This document shows positions 1 to 9,238 of a DNA stretch of 32,000 nt, piece after piece. Under the pieces are notes generated by a model, which saw only the letters and a list, made by a program, of their open reading frames with translations, did not search any database and was not told the origin of the DNA. This stretch comes from Thermoproteota archaeon (GTDB lineage Archaea; Thermoproteota; Thermoprotei; Gearchaeales; Gearchaeaceae). The DNA lies in contig JAVVGP010000001.1 of assembly GCA_032249055.1 (NCBI GenBank), positions 167 to 32,166 on the forward strand, written 5' to 3'. The first letter of the stretch is position 1. The number at the start of each line of letters is the position of its first letter. Position numbers and translations under genes: made by a program.

Positions 1-240
1 ATATATTTTTGCATTAGCTCTTAATTGTTCAATTAAAAATTGAGCATCAGCCACAGCACCAGCTATTGTAGCTACTATATGTTCATCAATTTGCAAAATT
101 TTTTTCCCAGTTTTATGAGCTACTTTTTTACTATATGCATCAGAAACTCTTCTATCTGCACCTAGAATTATTCCTTCTTTGTAAGTTATTCCTATAGTTG
201 TTGTTCCTGTTATAAATCTCTTATCAATCTTATTTAACAT
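1..240 (-). CDS. psmB: Proteasome subunit beta, N-terminal 80 codons (gene runs off the left edge)
   Basis: My own reverse-strand translation from ATG (complement of 238-240): MLNKIDKRFITG|TTTIGITYKEGIILGADRRV...GKKILQIDEHIVATIAGAVADAQ. It has the canonical Gly-Thr-Thr-Thr processing site and the GKK(I/L)xQID block. AGGTGA lies 7-12 nt upstream of the ATG on the minus strand. Confidence 0.85.
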   Translation of the reverse strand, partial: MLNKIDKRFITGTTTIGITYKEGIILGADRRVSDAYSKKVAHKTGKKILQIDEHIVATIAGAVADAQFLIEQLRANAKIY

Positions 241-336
241 TCATTTCACCTTATATAGAACTAATTAAAATTTGTAAAATACAACTTATAAACTTTTGCT
301 TAGCTTGTCGGTATGCTTAAAGATTTTTTCAAATCT

Positions 337-1077
337 TTAGCTTGTTAATTTTCTTTCCTGTATTTCCTTTGGTTTCTCTTTTTCTATTATAAACTTTATA
401 TTAACAATATTAGGTATTGTTTCTTCTATTTCTCTTATTAATATTTTTAGAGCAGGAGCCAATTCGCTATAATTTAATACATCTTCAGTGAATTTAATAG
501 TCAGCGAATTTTCTTCAATATTTATGTTTACTTTTTCTTTTTCTATTGTTTTTATTCGTCTTAATGTCAAATACAAAATTTTTTCCTCTAAGTTTTCTAT
601 CTTCTTTTTTGGTATAATGTGATATACTAAAGTTTTTCCTGCTAACGGATGATTAAAGTCTACAACTACTCTACCTCCGCTGACAGTTATTATAGTTGCT
701 TCTTGATCCCTTATTTTTATTCTTTGACCTGCACGCGGTAAAATTCCTTCTTTAGAAAGTTCTTTAGCATTAATTACTTTAATTTTCTGTGGTTCACGTA
801 TGCCAAAAGCAAATTGAGGAGGTACTTCGATTGTATTTTTAATTCCTAATATTATACCGTTTTTTATAATTTCTTCTTCGACATATTTTTGGAAATAACC
901 TTTGCCTAATATTACTAATAAAGGTTCAAATCTCATCTCTTCTTTAGCATATTTTTCTTTTTTTGCTATTTCTTCTATGTTTGTATCTAGTAATTCATTT
1001 GTATCTTTCAAACGTATTTCATAGTCTATTAACAAAAAATCACCTTCATTTACTAAGACCTTATTTTTTTCTGCCAT
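337..1077 (-). CDS. FKBP-type peptidyl-prolyl cis-trans isomerase (long archaeal SlyD-like type with insert and C-terminal domain)
   Basis: 246 aa. Has the DYxxxL, FEPLxxxxG and VDFNHPLAGKTLVY motifs typical of archaeal FKBP/SlyD-family PPIases. Confidence 0.8.
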   Translation of the reverse strand: MAEKNKVLVNEGDFLLIDYEIRLKDTNELLDTNIEEIAKKEKYAKEEMRFEPLLVILGKGYFQKYVEEEIIKNGIILGIKNTIEVPPQFAFGIREPQKIKVINAKELSKEGILPRAGQRIKIRDQEATIITVSGGRVVVDFNHPLAGKTLVYHIIPKKKIENLEEKILYLTLRRIKTIEKEKVNINIEENSLTIKFTEDVLNYSELAPALKILIREIEETIPNIVNIKFIIEKEKPKEIQERKLTS

Positions 1078-1109
1078 GGCAAGATATCTAAAAATATTCG
1101 ATAAAGATT

Positions 1110-1631
1110 TTAAGCTTTAAGTAGTAGTAATTCTGCGTAAGTTTCTTTGATAATTCTGTCTTTAGTTATTCCTATATTGTTTAATTTATTAATTAAATCT
1201 TTAAAATCCTCTTCTTTATCTATCTCTATTTCTATGAAGATTCCAAGATTCGAAACATAATCTATATATAATTTATTTTTATTCAGCAAATATTCTCTTC
1301 TCTTTTTCTTTATTATAAGAGTTTTTTTGAAATTTAATTTTGTAAGTATCTCTTCCATTAGAATAGGATCCGAAATTTCGACTGTTATTTCTTTTCGAAT
1401 TTTGCTATTATTCTCTTCTCTTTTTCCTTTAAAAGATAAATAATACTTGCCATTCTCTTCTCTTATTCTTAGGACTTCATCTCTTAGAAATAAATCATGT
1501 GTAGGTAAATCATAGTAATAGTCTACTTGTTCATATTCTTTCATAAACGTAGGATTAAAATACTTAAGAATTTTGGATATTTCATTTTCATCTTTTATCT
1601 TTATCTTTATTTCCTTTTCTAAAGTTTGCAT
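1110..1631 (-). CDS. CYTH-domain protein (CyaB class IV adenylyl cyclase / triphosphate tunnel metalloenzyme family)
   Basis: 173 aa. N-terminal ExExK signature (EKEIKIK), then an LRIREE...YYLSFKGK pattern and a C-terminal FIEIEI strand, as in CYTH proteins. Confidence 0.7.
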   Translation of the reverse strand: MQTLEKEIKIKIKDENEISKILKYFNPTFMKEYEQVDYYYDLPTHDLFLRDEVLRIREENGKYYLSFKGKREENNSKIRKEITVEISDPILMEEILTKLNFKKTLIIKKKRREYLLNKNKLYIDYVSNLGIFIEIEIDKEEDFKDLINKLNNIGITKDRIIKETYAELLLLKA

Positions 1632-1885
1632 AAAATATTAATTTAAGGATTTTTTATGAAACTTTTAATTATATGTTAAAAATACTAGAAAGTCGGAAGT
1701 AATTAAACGAATAGTATAAGTACAGGATTGATACACTTAAATTTTGCTATTTCGTTGTAAAAAGACGCCAAATTTGGTATAGTGAAATTTAAAGGAATGT
1801 GAAAAATATATCATTTCGAAGCTAAAGAAGAATAACGATTTTATTGCTTTGATTTTTTATATGATATATTGAAATTAATAAAATT

Positions 1886-2671
1886 ATGATTTGTATTTTG
1901 TCAGATTTTGGAACTGAAAGTATTTACACCGCTGAAATGATAGGAGTAATCAAATCCATTAATCCTAAAGCTGAAGTTTTAATTTTAAAAAATAATATAA
2001 CAAGACATAATATTTTAGAGGGTGCTTTTATTATAAATGAAATTTCAAAATATTTTCCTCCAGGAACCATTTTTTTATGTGTCGTTGATCCAACAGTAGG
2101 ATCTTCAAGACCATCAATAATTTTGGTTACAAAAAGAAATATTTACGTAGGTCCAGATAATGGCTTATTCTATTACGTTGCTAAAAATGAAGGTATACTT
2201 TCCATTTACAAAATTGAAATTTCAAAAATATTTGATAATATTTCAATGACTTTTCACGGAAGGGATGTGTTTGCTAAGGTTGCAGCCATGTTAGATATGG
2301 GGTTTAGACCAGATTTTTTTGGTACTCTTGTAAATTATATTACGGAATCGGAAATAGAAAAACCATTAATAATTAATGAATCAGTTTTAGGAAAAATTAT
2401 ATACATTGATGATTTTGGTAATTTGATAACTAATATATCGAAAAATGACCTCATAAAAGCTAATCTAGCAACAGTTAGTCAATTAAAGGTTAATATTAAT
2501 AATGTTGAATATAAATTACCTTTTGTTCGAACATATTCCGAAGTAAGTGTAGGTTCACCTCTTATTTTAATAAATAGCTTCAACTTAGTCGAGTTAGCTA
2601 TTAACCAAGGTGATGCTAAGAAATTTTTTAAAGTAAACGTTAATGATTACCTTCAAATTAGCAAAGTATGA
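1886..2671 (+). CDS. S-adenosyl-L-methionine hydroxide adenosyltransferase family protein (DUF62, fluorinase/chlorinase-like)
   Basis: 261 aa. Family motifs [26 protein letters not shown] and TFHGRDVFA (the Asp/Arg/His triad context) are present. Confidence 0.75.
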   Translation: MICILSDFGTESIYTAEMIGVIKSINPKAEVLILKNNITRHNILEGAFIINEISKYFPPGTIFLCVVDPTVGSSRPSIILVTKRNIYVGPDNGLFYYVAKNEGILSIYKIEISKIFDNISMTFHGRDVFAKVAAMLDMGFRPDFFGTLVNYITESEIEKPLIINESVLGKIIYIDDFGNLITNISKNDLIKANLATVSQLKVNINNVEYKLPFVRTYSEVSVGSPLILINSFNLVELAINQGDAKKFFKVNVNDYLQISKV

Positions 2672-3726
2672 TAAAAATAGATGGGAGTTTTGGTGAAGGA
2701 GGAGGCCAAATATTACGAACAGCAGTTGCATTATCAGCAATAACCGGAAAACCAATACATATATATAACATAAGGTCTAAAAGGGATAAACCAGGTTTAA
2801 GACCTCAGCATCTTACAGCTGTTAAGGCTATAGCAGAAATATGTAACGCTAAAGTGGAAGGATTAAAAATAGAGTCAAAGGAAATAACCTTTATTCCTGG
2901 AAGTATTTCAGCAAAAAATTATGAAATTAATGTTGGAACCGCAGGTTCAGTTACTCTAGTCCTTCAAGCTCTTCTTCCTGTTTTAAACTTTGCAGAAAGA
3001 CCGATTTTTATTCGCCTTATAGGTGGTACCGAGGTGCCTAAATCTCCCACATTTTCTTACTTTAAAAATGTTCTCTTACATTATTTAACTAAAATGGGTC
3101 TCAATGTTAATGTTAATTTAATAAAACATGGTTTTTATCCTAAAGGAGGTGGTATTTTAGAAGTAAATTTAGAACCTTCAAAATTAAATGCATTAACTTA
3201 TGAAAAATTTGGTGAAGTAAAAGAAATATATTGCGAAGCTTATTCAGAAGGATTACCTGAACATGTAGTTATAAGAGAAGTAAATGAATGTTTAAGAATT
3301 TTAACTTCTTATAATATTTCAAATAAAATAATTAAAGTAAATCAAAAATCATTAAGTTTAGAAGAAAGTAAAGGAAATATTGGTAATTTCTTTTTTATTA
3401 TGAGTAGGAGTGTAACTGATGCAGTAATAGGATATGATAGCATAGGTTTAAAAGGGATACCTGCGGAAAAAGTTGCTAGAGAGCCTGTTCAAATGATGTT
3501 GGAAAATATATTTAATACTAATGCTCCTTTGGATCTTTTTGCTGGAGATCAAATATTAATATGGGCTTCTATTGCAAAGGGAAAAACTACTGTTAAAACA
3601 CATAAATTTACTTTACATGCCTTTACAACCTTACATATTCTAAAAGAAATTTTGGAAATTAAATATACTGTAGAAGGTAAATTAGACGAGCCTGCATGTA
3701 TAATTATCGAAGGCAAAGGATTATAA
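2668..3726 (+). CDS. rtcA: RNA 3'-terminal phosphate cyclase
   Basis: 352 aa. [35 protein letters not shown] and [11 protein letters not shown] motifs, and a C-terminal TLHAFTT block carrying the presumed adenylylated His. Start overlaps the upstream stop (ATGA at 2668-2671). Confidence 0.85.
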   Translation: MIKIDGSFGEGGGQILRTAVALSAITGKPIHIYNIRSKRDKPGLRPQHLTAVKAIAEICNAKVEGLKIESKEITFIPGSISAKNYEINVGTAGSVTLVLQALLPVLNFAERPIFIRLIGGTEVPKSPTFSYFKNVLLHYLTKMGLNVNVNLIKHGFYPKGGGILEVNLEPSKLNALTYEKFGEVKEIYCEAYSEGLPEHVVIREVNECLRILTSYNISNKIIKVNQKSLSLEESKGNIGNFFFIMSRSVTDAVIGYDSIGLKGIPAEKVAREPVQMMLENIFNTNAPLDLFAGDQILIWASIAKGKTTVKTHKFTLHAFTTLHILKEILEIKYTVEGKLDEPACIIIEGKGL

Positions 3727-3759
3727 ATTAATTAATATTTTCTTAACTATTTTTAATCT

Positions 3760-4365
3760 ATGCCATATGATTTCGAATTTACAGGTGCTACTGTTGTAGG
3801 ACTCGTATATTCAACTGGAGTTGTTCTAGCAGGTGAAAAAAGAGTAGCAATAGGAAATTACCTTTTAAGTAAAACAGGTAAAAAAGTTTTTAAGGTTCTA
3901 GATAAAATAGGAATTGCAAGTGCGGGCATCTTAGCTGATATGCAAGCGATTGCTAAAATTTTAGCTGCAGATTTAAGACTATACGAACTTGAGAATAAAA
4001 GACAGGCCACAGTTAGAACTTCTGCTAAATTGTTGTCTAATATATTATATAGCAGAAAATATTTCCCCTATCTTGCATCAACAATAATAGGTGGAATAGA
4101 TAAAGAAGGTAAGCATTTATTTAGCTTAGATCCTATTGGTTCTTTAATTGAAGATAAATATACAGCATTAGGTAGCGGCTCAGAACTTGCATTAAGTGTA
4201 ATAGAAGGTGAATATGATGAAAAAATGACCTACGAAGAAGCTAAAAATTTGGCATATAAAGCAATAAAATTAGCTTGTGGAAGAGATGTTTTATCAGGTG
4301 ATGGTATAGATATGTTAATAATAGATATGGCAACTACTGATGAAATTTTCATTCCTTTGAAATAG
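3760..4365 (+). CDS. psmB: Proteasome subunit beta paralog with Ala at the Thr1 position (probably non-catalytic)
   Basis: 201 aa. Clear beta-subunit fold signature (GATVVGLVYSTGVVLAGEKRV...GKKVFKV...IASAGILADMQ...GGIDKEG.HLFSLDP.G). The residue after the processing Gly is Ala (GCT at 3787-3789). Confidence 0.85.
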   Translation: MPYDFEFTGATVVGLVYSTGVVLAGEKRVAIGNYLLSKTGKKVFKVLDKIGIASAGILADMQAIAKILAADLRLYELENKRQATVRTSAKLLSNILYSRKYFPYLASTIIGGIDKEGKHLFSLDPIGSLIEDKYTALGSGSELALSVIEGEYDEKMTYEEAKNLAYKAIKLACGRDVLSGDGIDMLIIDMATTDEIFIPLK

Positions 4366-5410
4366 TCATTTCAGAATAAACCAAATATTCGTTAATAAAT
4401 AAATTTAAAACCTTTTTAAACGAGATTTGCTGTATAAAGTAACCTTTCTGTTTTAATTTCTCTTCAAGATTTATTTTTACATCAAGATAATCTTCTTCTT
4501 TAGATATTGCGAATAGACAAAGTTTTCCTTTATTTTTTATTAATTGTAATGCAAGGTTTAGCATTTCTAAGTATTTATACGGCTTAGAAATTATAATTCT
4601 GTCAAATTTTCCGTTTAAATATTTCGTTTCAAAATTAAGGGTTTTCAAATAAACTGGAAAGACAAATTTTTCTACATTATTCAGCTTGATATTCTGTAAA
4701 AGATAAAAATACAGAGATAAAGTTTCTTCAAAAGCGTAAACTGTATTTTGAAATTTTTTGGCTATCAATATTGAAGTATAACCTGTTGTAGCACCAATTT
4801 CGGCTATTAATTCGCCAAATGTGATTTCGTTTGAAATTTTTCTTATAAATAACATTAATCTAGGGTCCGGAATATATTGTGTAAAATTAAATTGTATGGT
4901 TACATCCTTCTCTTTAAATTTGTATTCAGAAATCTCTCGCCCAAAAATTAATTGAGGTTTTATTCCTTTATAAATAAAATTAAGATTTTCTATTTTATAG
5001 ATAGCTTCAATATTTTTTTTAATCAATAAAAAGTACTCTATTGCATCTTTTTCAAATTCCTCTTCAATTTCAGCTATAACAATTCCATTAATAGACAAAT
5101 AACGTAAAGGAACTTTATTTATTAATTTTTTTTCTTTGATTTTATTAACAACTTCTTTTATCTTAAAAATTTTTCCCCTTGCAAGCATTTCTTTTTCAGT
5201 TAAAATGAACTCGTTTGTAATATTACGTATATCACTTATTTCCTTTTCTGATAAAGGTTTTTTTAAAGGAAAAAAGACGTAATTTTTTTCTCTTGAAACA
5301 TGATAAAGCCTATCAATTAAATCCAATTTATTTAAGAAATTTCTTATTTTTTCCGCATAATTTTTATTTACACCTAAAACAGGTTTCTTAAAATAATTTT
5401 TTTCTTTCAT
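4349..5410 (-). CDS. Trm5/Tyw2-family-like class I SAM-dependent (tRNA) methyltransferase with divergent motifs
   Basis: 353 aa. Domain layout resembles archaeal Trm5. The N-terminal small domain has NY.FFPLK, the middle domain ends in P.PRL, and the Rossmann region reads IAEIGATTGYTSILIAK...VYAFEE...NIKLNNV...DRIIISKPY. Assignment rests on motif recall only. Confidence 0.55.
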   Translation of the reverse strand: MKEKNYFKKPVLGVNKNYAEKIRNFLNKLDLIDRLYHVSREKNYVFFPLKKPLSEKEISDIRNITNEFILTEKEMLARGKIFKIKEVVNKIKEKKLINKVPLRYLSINGIVIAEIEEEFEKDAIEYFLLIKKNIEAIYKIENLNFIYKGIKPQLIFGREISEYKFKEKDVTIQFNFTQYIPDPRLMLFIRKISNEITFGELIAEIGATTGYTSILIAKKFQNTVYAFEETLSLYFYLLQNIKLNNVEKFVFPVYLKTLNFETKYLNGKFDRIIISKPYKYLEMLNLALQLIKNKGKLCLFAISKEEDYLDVKINLEEKLKQKGYFIQQISFKKVLNLFINEYLVYSEMTISKE

Positions 5411-5415
5411 TAATA

Positions 5416-5489
5416 CGGGCGCGGCGGGATTCGAACCCGCGACCCTTGGGTTAAAAGCCCAATACTCTTCCTGGCTGAGCTACGCGCCC
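5416..5489 (-). tRNA. tRNA-Lys (anticodon UUU), no intron, no encoded CCA
   Basis: Hand-folded cloverleaf GGGCGCG-TA-GCTC-AGCCAGGAA-GAGT-A-TTGGG-CTTTTAA-CCCAA-GGGTC-GCGGG-TTCGAAT-CCCGC-CGCGCCC-G. All stems pair. Strongly GC-rich island in AT-rich DNA. Confidence 0.9.
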
Positions 5490-5551
5490 TTTAAATCTTC
5501 TATTATTTTATTTTTCTTATTTGCTTTAAATAAATAATTTTAATGGTGAAA

Positions 5552-5562
5552 TTTTTATATTA
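5552..5562 (+). promoter_or_regulatory. Candidate TATA box for the rpoH-led operon
   Basis: TTTTTATATTA is centred about 34 nt upstream of the rpoH ATG at 5592. AT-rich background makes chance matches likely. Confidence 0.3.
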
Positions 5563-5591
5563 GTTAATCTATATTATTTATTCAATCATTA

Positions 5592-5852
5592 ATGGGTAAG
5601 AAAGATTTTGATATTCTAGAACATGAATTAGTTCCAGAACATATTATACTTAGTAAAAAAGAAAAAATAAAACTTTTAAAGGAATTAAATATTAAACCTT
5701 ATCAATTACCATGGATATTAGTATCAGATCCTGTTTGTAAGAGAATAGGTGCTAAACCAGGAGATATAATAATGATAATAAGAAAAAGTCCTACTGCAGG
5801 TAAAACTGTTGCTTATCGTTATGTTGTACCTATAAGGACGAGGGAAGTATGA
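5592..5852 (+). CDS. rpoH: DNA-directed RNA polymerase subunit H (Rpo5/Rpb5 homolog)
   Basis: 86 aa. HELVPEH, LPWI...DPV and [14 protein letters not shown]...YRYVV motifs. Stop overlaps the rpoB start (ATGA). Confidence 0.9.
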   Translation: MGKKDFDILEHELVPEHIILSKKEKIKLLKELNIKPYQLPWILVSDPVCKRIGAKPGDIIMIIRKSPTAGKTVAYRYVVPIRTREV

Positions 5853-8800
5853 GTACGGAAATTACACGGGAAGATTTATGGGTGCTAGTAGAATCTTTCA
5901 TAAAAGAAAAAGGTTTAGCAAGATTACATCTTGATTCTTATAACGATTTTATTAGGAAAGGTTTACAGCAAATTGTTGATGAGAATAAAATTATCCAAAT
6001 AATGATAAAAACAACAACAGGACAAAGGGAGGCTGTGGAAGGAAGCTATATTGTCTTAGGTAAAATAACTGTGGAAGAGCCAAAAATTAGGGAAGCCAAA
6101 GGTTTTGAAATTAAACTTACTCCAGCAGAATGCAGACTTAGGGGTTTAACTTATGCAGCTCCATTAATGCTTGAAATGGAATTAGTATTGGATAATGTTA
6201 ATAGACAAAAAGGCAAGTTTTTAATTGGCTATTTGCCTGTAATGGTTAAATCTGATATATGCTATTATTCTAAGCTTAGCAAAGAAGAATTAATAGCATT
6301 AGGTGAAGATCCTGAAGATCCTGGAGGTTATTTTATTATTAATGGTTCTGAAAGGGTAATTGTTGCGCAGGAAGATTTGGCAGAAAATAGAATAATTGTT
6401 ACAGCCGCTCAAAAAGGATCTTCTGCAACACATGTAGCTAAAGTAATTTCTGCAACACCTGGTCAAAGAGTACCTACTTTGGTAGAAAGGCGCAGAGATG
6501 GTTCTTTATATGTCTCATTTGCAGCTATTCCAGCTAAAATACCACTAGTAATAATGTTAAGAGCATTAGGTTTAGTTTCAGACAGCGAAATTATAGAAGC
6601 TGTATCAACAAAACCTGAAATTGTAAATGAACTTTATGTTTCATTATTCCAAGCCGAAAAAATTAGAAATCAAGATGAAGCATTGGAATATATTGGTAAT
6701 AGAATAGCTCACGGAAGACCTTTAGAAAAAAGAAAAGAGGCTGCTGAAAATGTTCTTGATAAAAACTTTTTACCTCATATTGGAACAACTAAGGATAAAA
6801 GATTAGCTAAAGCTCAGTTTTTAGCTCAAATGGCTAGAAAAGTAATAGAAGCATATTTAGGCTTGGTACCTTTAGATGATAAGGATCATTATAAAAATAA
6901 AAGATTAAAGCTTGCAGGAGATTTATTAGCTATATTATTTAGGAGTGTTTTCAAGCAATTTATAAGAGATTTACAATACCAAATTGAAAAAACACTTTCG
7001 AAAACTCGCGAAAAATCAGCCTTTACTGATTTAAGTAATTTAATAAGATCTGATATAATAACTGAAAAAATATTATATGCCTTAGCAACAGGTAATTGGA
7101 TAGGAGGAAAAACAGGTGTTAGTCAACTTCTTGATAGAACAAATTATTTATCTACATTAAGTCATTTAAGAAGATGTGTTTCACCGTTAAGTAGAACGCA
7201 GCCGCATTTTGAAGCTCGAGATTTGCATTTCACTCAATGGGGAAGGATTTGTCCTATAGAGACTCCTGAAGGTCCTAATTGTGGTTTGGTTAAAAATTTA
7301 GCTTTACTTGCAAGAATTTCTGTAGGAGGTCATGCTGAAAGAGTAAAAGAAATTTTAAAAAGCAAATTAGGACTTTTACCTCCTACTGAAAAAGGAGAGG
7401 ATTTAACTCCAGTTTATGTTGATGGTGAGCTTGTAGGAAAGCATAAAAATCCTGAACAGTTAGTCAATAATTTAAGGAAATTAAGAAGAAAGAAATCACC
7501 TTTTTCAGAAGCTGAGCTTAGTTTCGAGGTAAATGTTGTATTATATAAAAAGCCTGCTGGAAGTGAGGTATACATTAATACAGATGGTGGTAGAGTATTA
7601 AGGCCACTATTAATAGTGGAAAATGGTAAACTAAAATTAACTAAACAACATATTGAAATGGTAAAACGTGGAGAATTAAGCTGGAGTGACCTTGTTGGAT
7701 ATGCGATTGAGTATCTTGATGCCGAGGAGGAAGAAAATGCTTATATTAGTATAGATATTAATTCAATAACAAAGGAACATAATTATGCTGAATTTCCAGC
7801 AGCAACATTATTCGGGGTTGTTGCTTCTATAATACCATATGCGGAACATAATCATTCTCCAAGAAATACTTTTGAGGCTGCGATGGGTAAACAAGCATTA
7901 GGTTTACCTGTATCAAATATTCATAGAACAGCATATACCCGTTTACATTTACTTTATTATCCACAAATCCCATTGGTTTATACTAAACCATTAAAATTAA
8001 TAGGTTTAGAGAAGAGACCTACAGGTCAAAATATGGTAGTTGCTGTATTATCTTATACAGGCTACAATATCCAAGATGCCGTAATAATAAGTAAATCTGC
8101 TGTGGATAGAGGTTTAGCTAGATCATTATTTATGAGATTATATGAAGCAGAAGAACATAGATATGCTGGAGGAGAGAGTGATCGTATAGAAATACCTCAG
8201 CCAGGTGTAAGAGGATACTATTCTCATGAATTTTATGCAAAACTTGAAGATGATGGCATAATATTACCTGAAGTGGAAGTAAAAGGAGGAGATGTTCTCA
8301 TAGGTAAGACCAGTCCGCCAAGATTTGCTGAAGAATTTAAAGAGTTTGGTCCTGCAGCTCGTAGGGATACTTCTGTAACATTAAGACATGAAGAAAAAGG
8401 AGTTGTAGATACTGTATTGCTTAGTAATACTATAGAAGGTAACGTTTTAGTTAGAGTTCGTGTAAGGGATGAAAGAATACCTGAAATAGGAGATAAATTT
8501 GCATCAAGACATGGTCAAAAAGGAGTAATAGGGATACTTTTGAACCAAGAAGATATGCCTTTCACTGAAAGTGGAATAGTTCCTGATTTAATAATTAATC
8601 CACATGCAATTCCTTCAAGAATGACTATAGGTCAGTTACTTGAAACAATAGCAGGTAAATATGCAGCATTAAAAGCTGAGCAGGTTGATGGTACACCTTT
8701 TGAAAGCGTAAAAGAAGATTTTATCAGAAAAGAATTGGAAAGATACGGTTTTAAATCTACAGGAAAAGAGGTCATGTATAATGGGTTAACTGGTGAAAAA

Positions 8801-9238
8801 ATGATAGCAGAAGTTTTTATTGGAATAGTTTATTATCAAAAGCTACATCACATGGTTAGCGATAAAATCCATGCAAGAGCAAGAGGTCCTGTTCAAATAC
8901 TTACTAGACAACCTACAGAAGGTAGAGCAAGAGAAGGAGGACTACGTTTCGGAGAAATGGAAAGGGATTGCTTAATTGCTCACGGGGCATCAAATTCATT
9001 AAGGGATAGATTGCTCGAAGCTTCTGATCCAACATATATTTATGTCTGTAAGAAATGTAATGCTTTAGCTTACTTTGATTTCAAAAGGAATGTTACGACA
9101 TGTCATTTCTGCGGCCCACATAATGATATAGTAAAAGTTAAAACAGCTTATGCATTTAAGTTACTATTACAAGAATTAATGAGTATGTGTATTATGCCAC
9201 GTATAATAGTAGAAGAGGCGATTAAAAAATGGAAATAG
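5849..9238 (+). CDS. rpoB: DNA-directed RNA polymerase subunit B (unsplit)
   Basis: 1129 aa, single [34 protein letters not shown] and the C-terminal Cys4 zinc ribbon (CKKC...CHFC). Confidence 0.97.
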   Translation: MSTEITREDLWVLVESFIKEKGLARLHLDSYNDFIRKGLQQIVDENKIIQIMIKTTTGQREAVEGSYIVLGKITVEEPKIREAKGFEIKLTPAECRLRGLTYAAPLMLEMELVLDNVNRQKGKFLIGYLPVMVKSDICYYSKLSKEELIALGEDPEDPGGYFIINGSERVIVAQEDLAENRIIVTAAQKGSSATHVAKVISATPGQRVPTLVERRRDGSLYVSFAAIPAKIPLVIMLRALGLVSDSEIIEAVSTKPEIVNELYVSLFQAEKIRNQDEALEYIGNRIAHGRPLEKRKEAAENVLDKNFLPHIGTTKDKRLAKAQFLAQMARKVIEAYLGLVPLDDKDHYKNKRLKLAGDLLAILFRSVFKQFIRDLQYQIEKTLSKTREKSAFTDLSNLIRSDIITEKILYALATGNWIGGKTGVSQLLDRTNYLSTLSHLRRCVSPLSRTQPHFEARDLHFTQWGRICPIETPEGPNCGLVKNLALLARISVGGHAERVKEILKSKLGLLPPTEKGEDLTPVYVDGELVGKHKNPEQLVNNLRKLRRKKSPFSEAELSFEVNVVLYKKPAGSEVYINTDGGRVLRPLLIVENGKLKLTKQHIEMVKRGELSWSDLVGYAIEYLDAEEEENAYISIDINSITKEHNYAEFPAATLFGVVASIIPYAEHNHSPRNTFEAAMGKQALGLPVSNIHRTAYTRLHLLYYPQIPLVYTKPLKLIGLEKRPTGQNMVVAVLSYTGYNIQDAVIISKSAVDRGLARSLFMRLYEAEEHRYAGGESDRIEIPQPGVRGYYSHEFYAKLEDDGIILPEVEVKGGDVLIGKTSPPRFAEEFKEFGPAARRDTSVTLRHEEKGVVDTVLLSNTIEGNVLVRVRVRDERIPEIGDKFASRHGQKGVIGILLNQEDMPFTESGIVPDLIINPHAIPSRMTIGQLLETIAGKYAALKAEQVDGTPFESVKEDFIRKELERYGFKSTGKEVMYNGLTGEKMIAEVFIGIVYYQKLHHMVSDKIHARARGPVQILTRQPTEGRAREGGLRFGEMERDCLIAHGASNSLRDRLLEASDPTYIYVCKKCNALAYFDFKRNVTTCHFCGPHNDIVKVKTAYAFKLLLQELMSMCIMPRIIVEEAIKKWK

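Noticed and set aside
319-338. Perfect 8-bp hairpin (AAAGATTT-loop-AAATCTTT) overlapping the FKBP stop codon, considered as a terminator.
   Set aside because: The stem is entirely A/T apart from one G:C pair, and no oligo-T tract follows on the transcribed (minus) strand. Such hairpins are expected by chance in DNA this AT-rich. Archaeal termination is usually driven by oligo-T tracts.
3808-3813. Glu instead of Asp at proteasome beta position 17 as a second inactivating change in the 3760-4365 paralog.
   Set aside because: The well-studied Thermoplasma beta subunit naturally has Glu17, so this residue is compatible with activity. Only the Thr1 to Ala change is meaningful.
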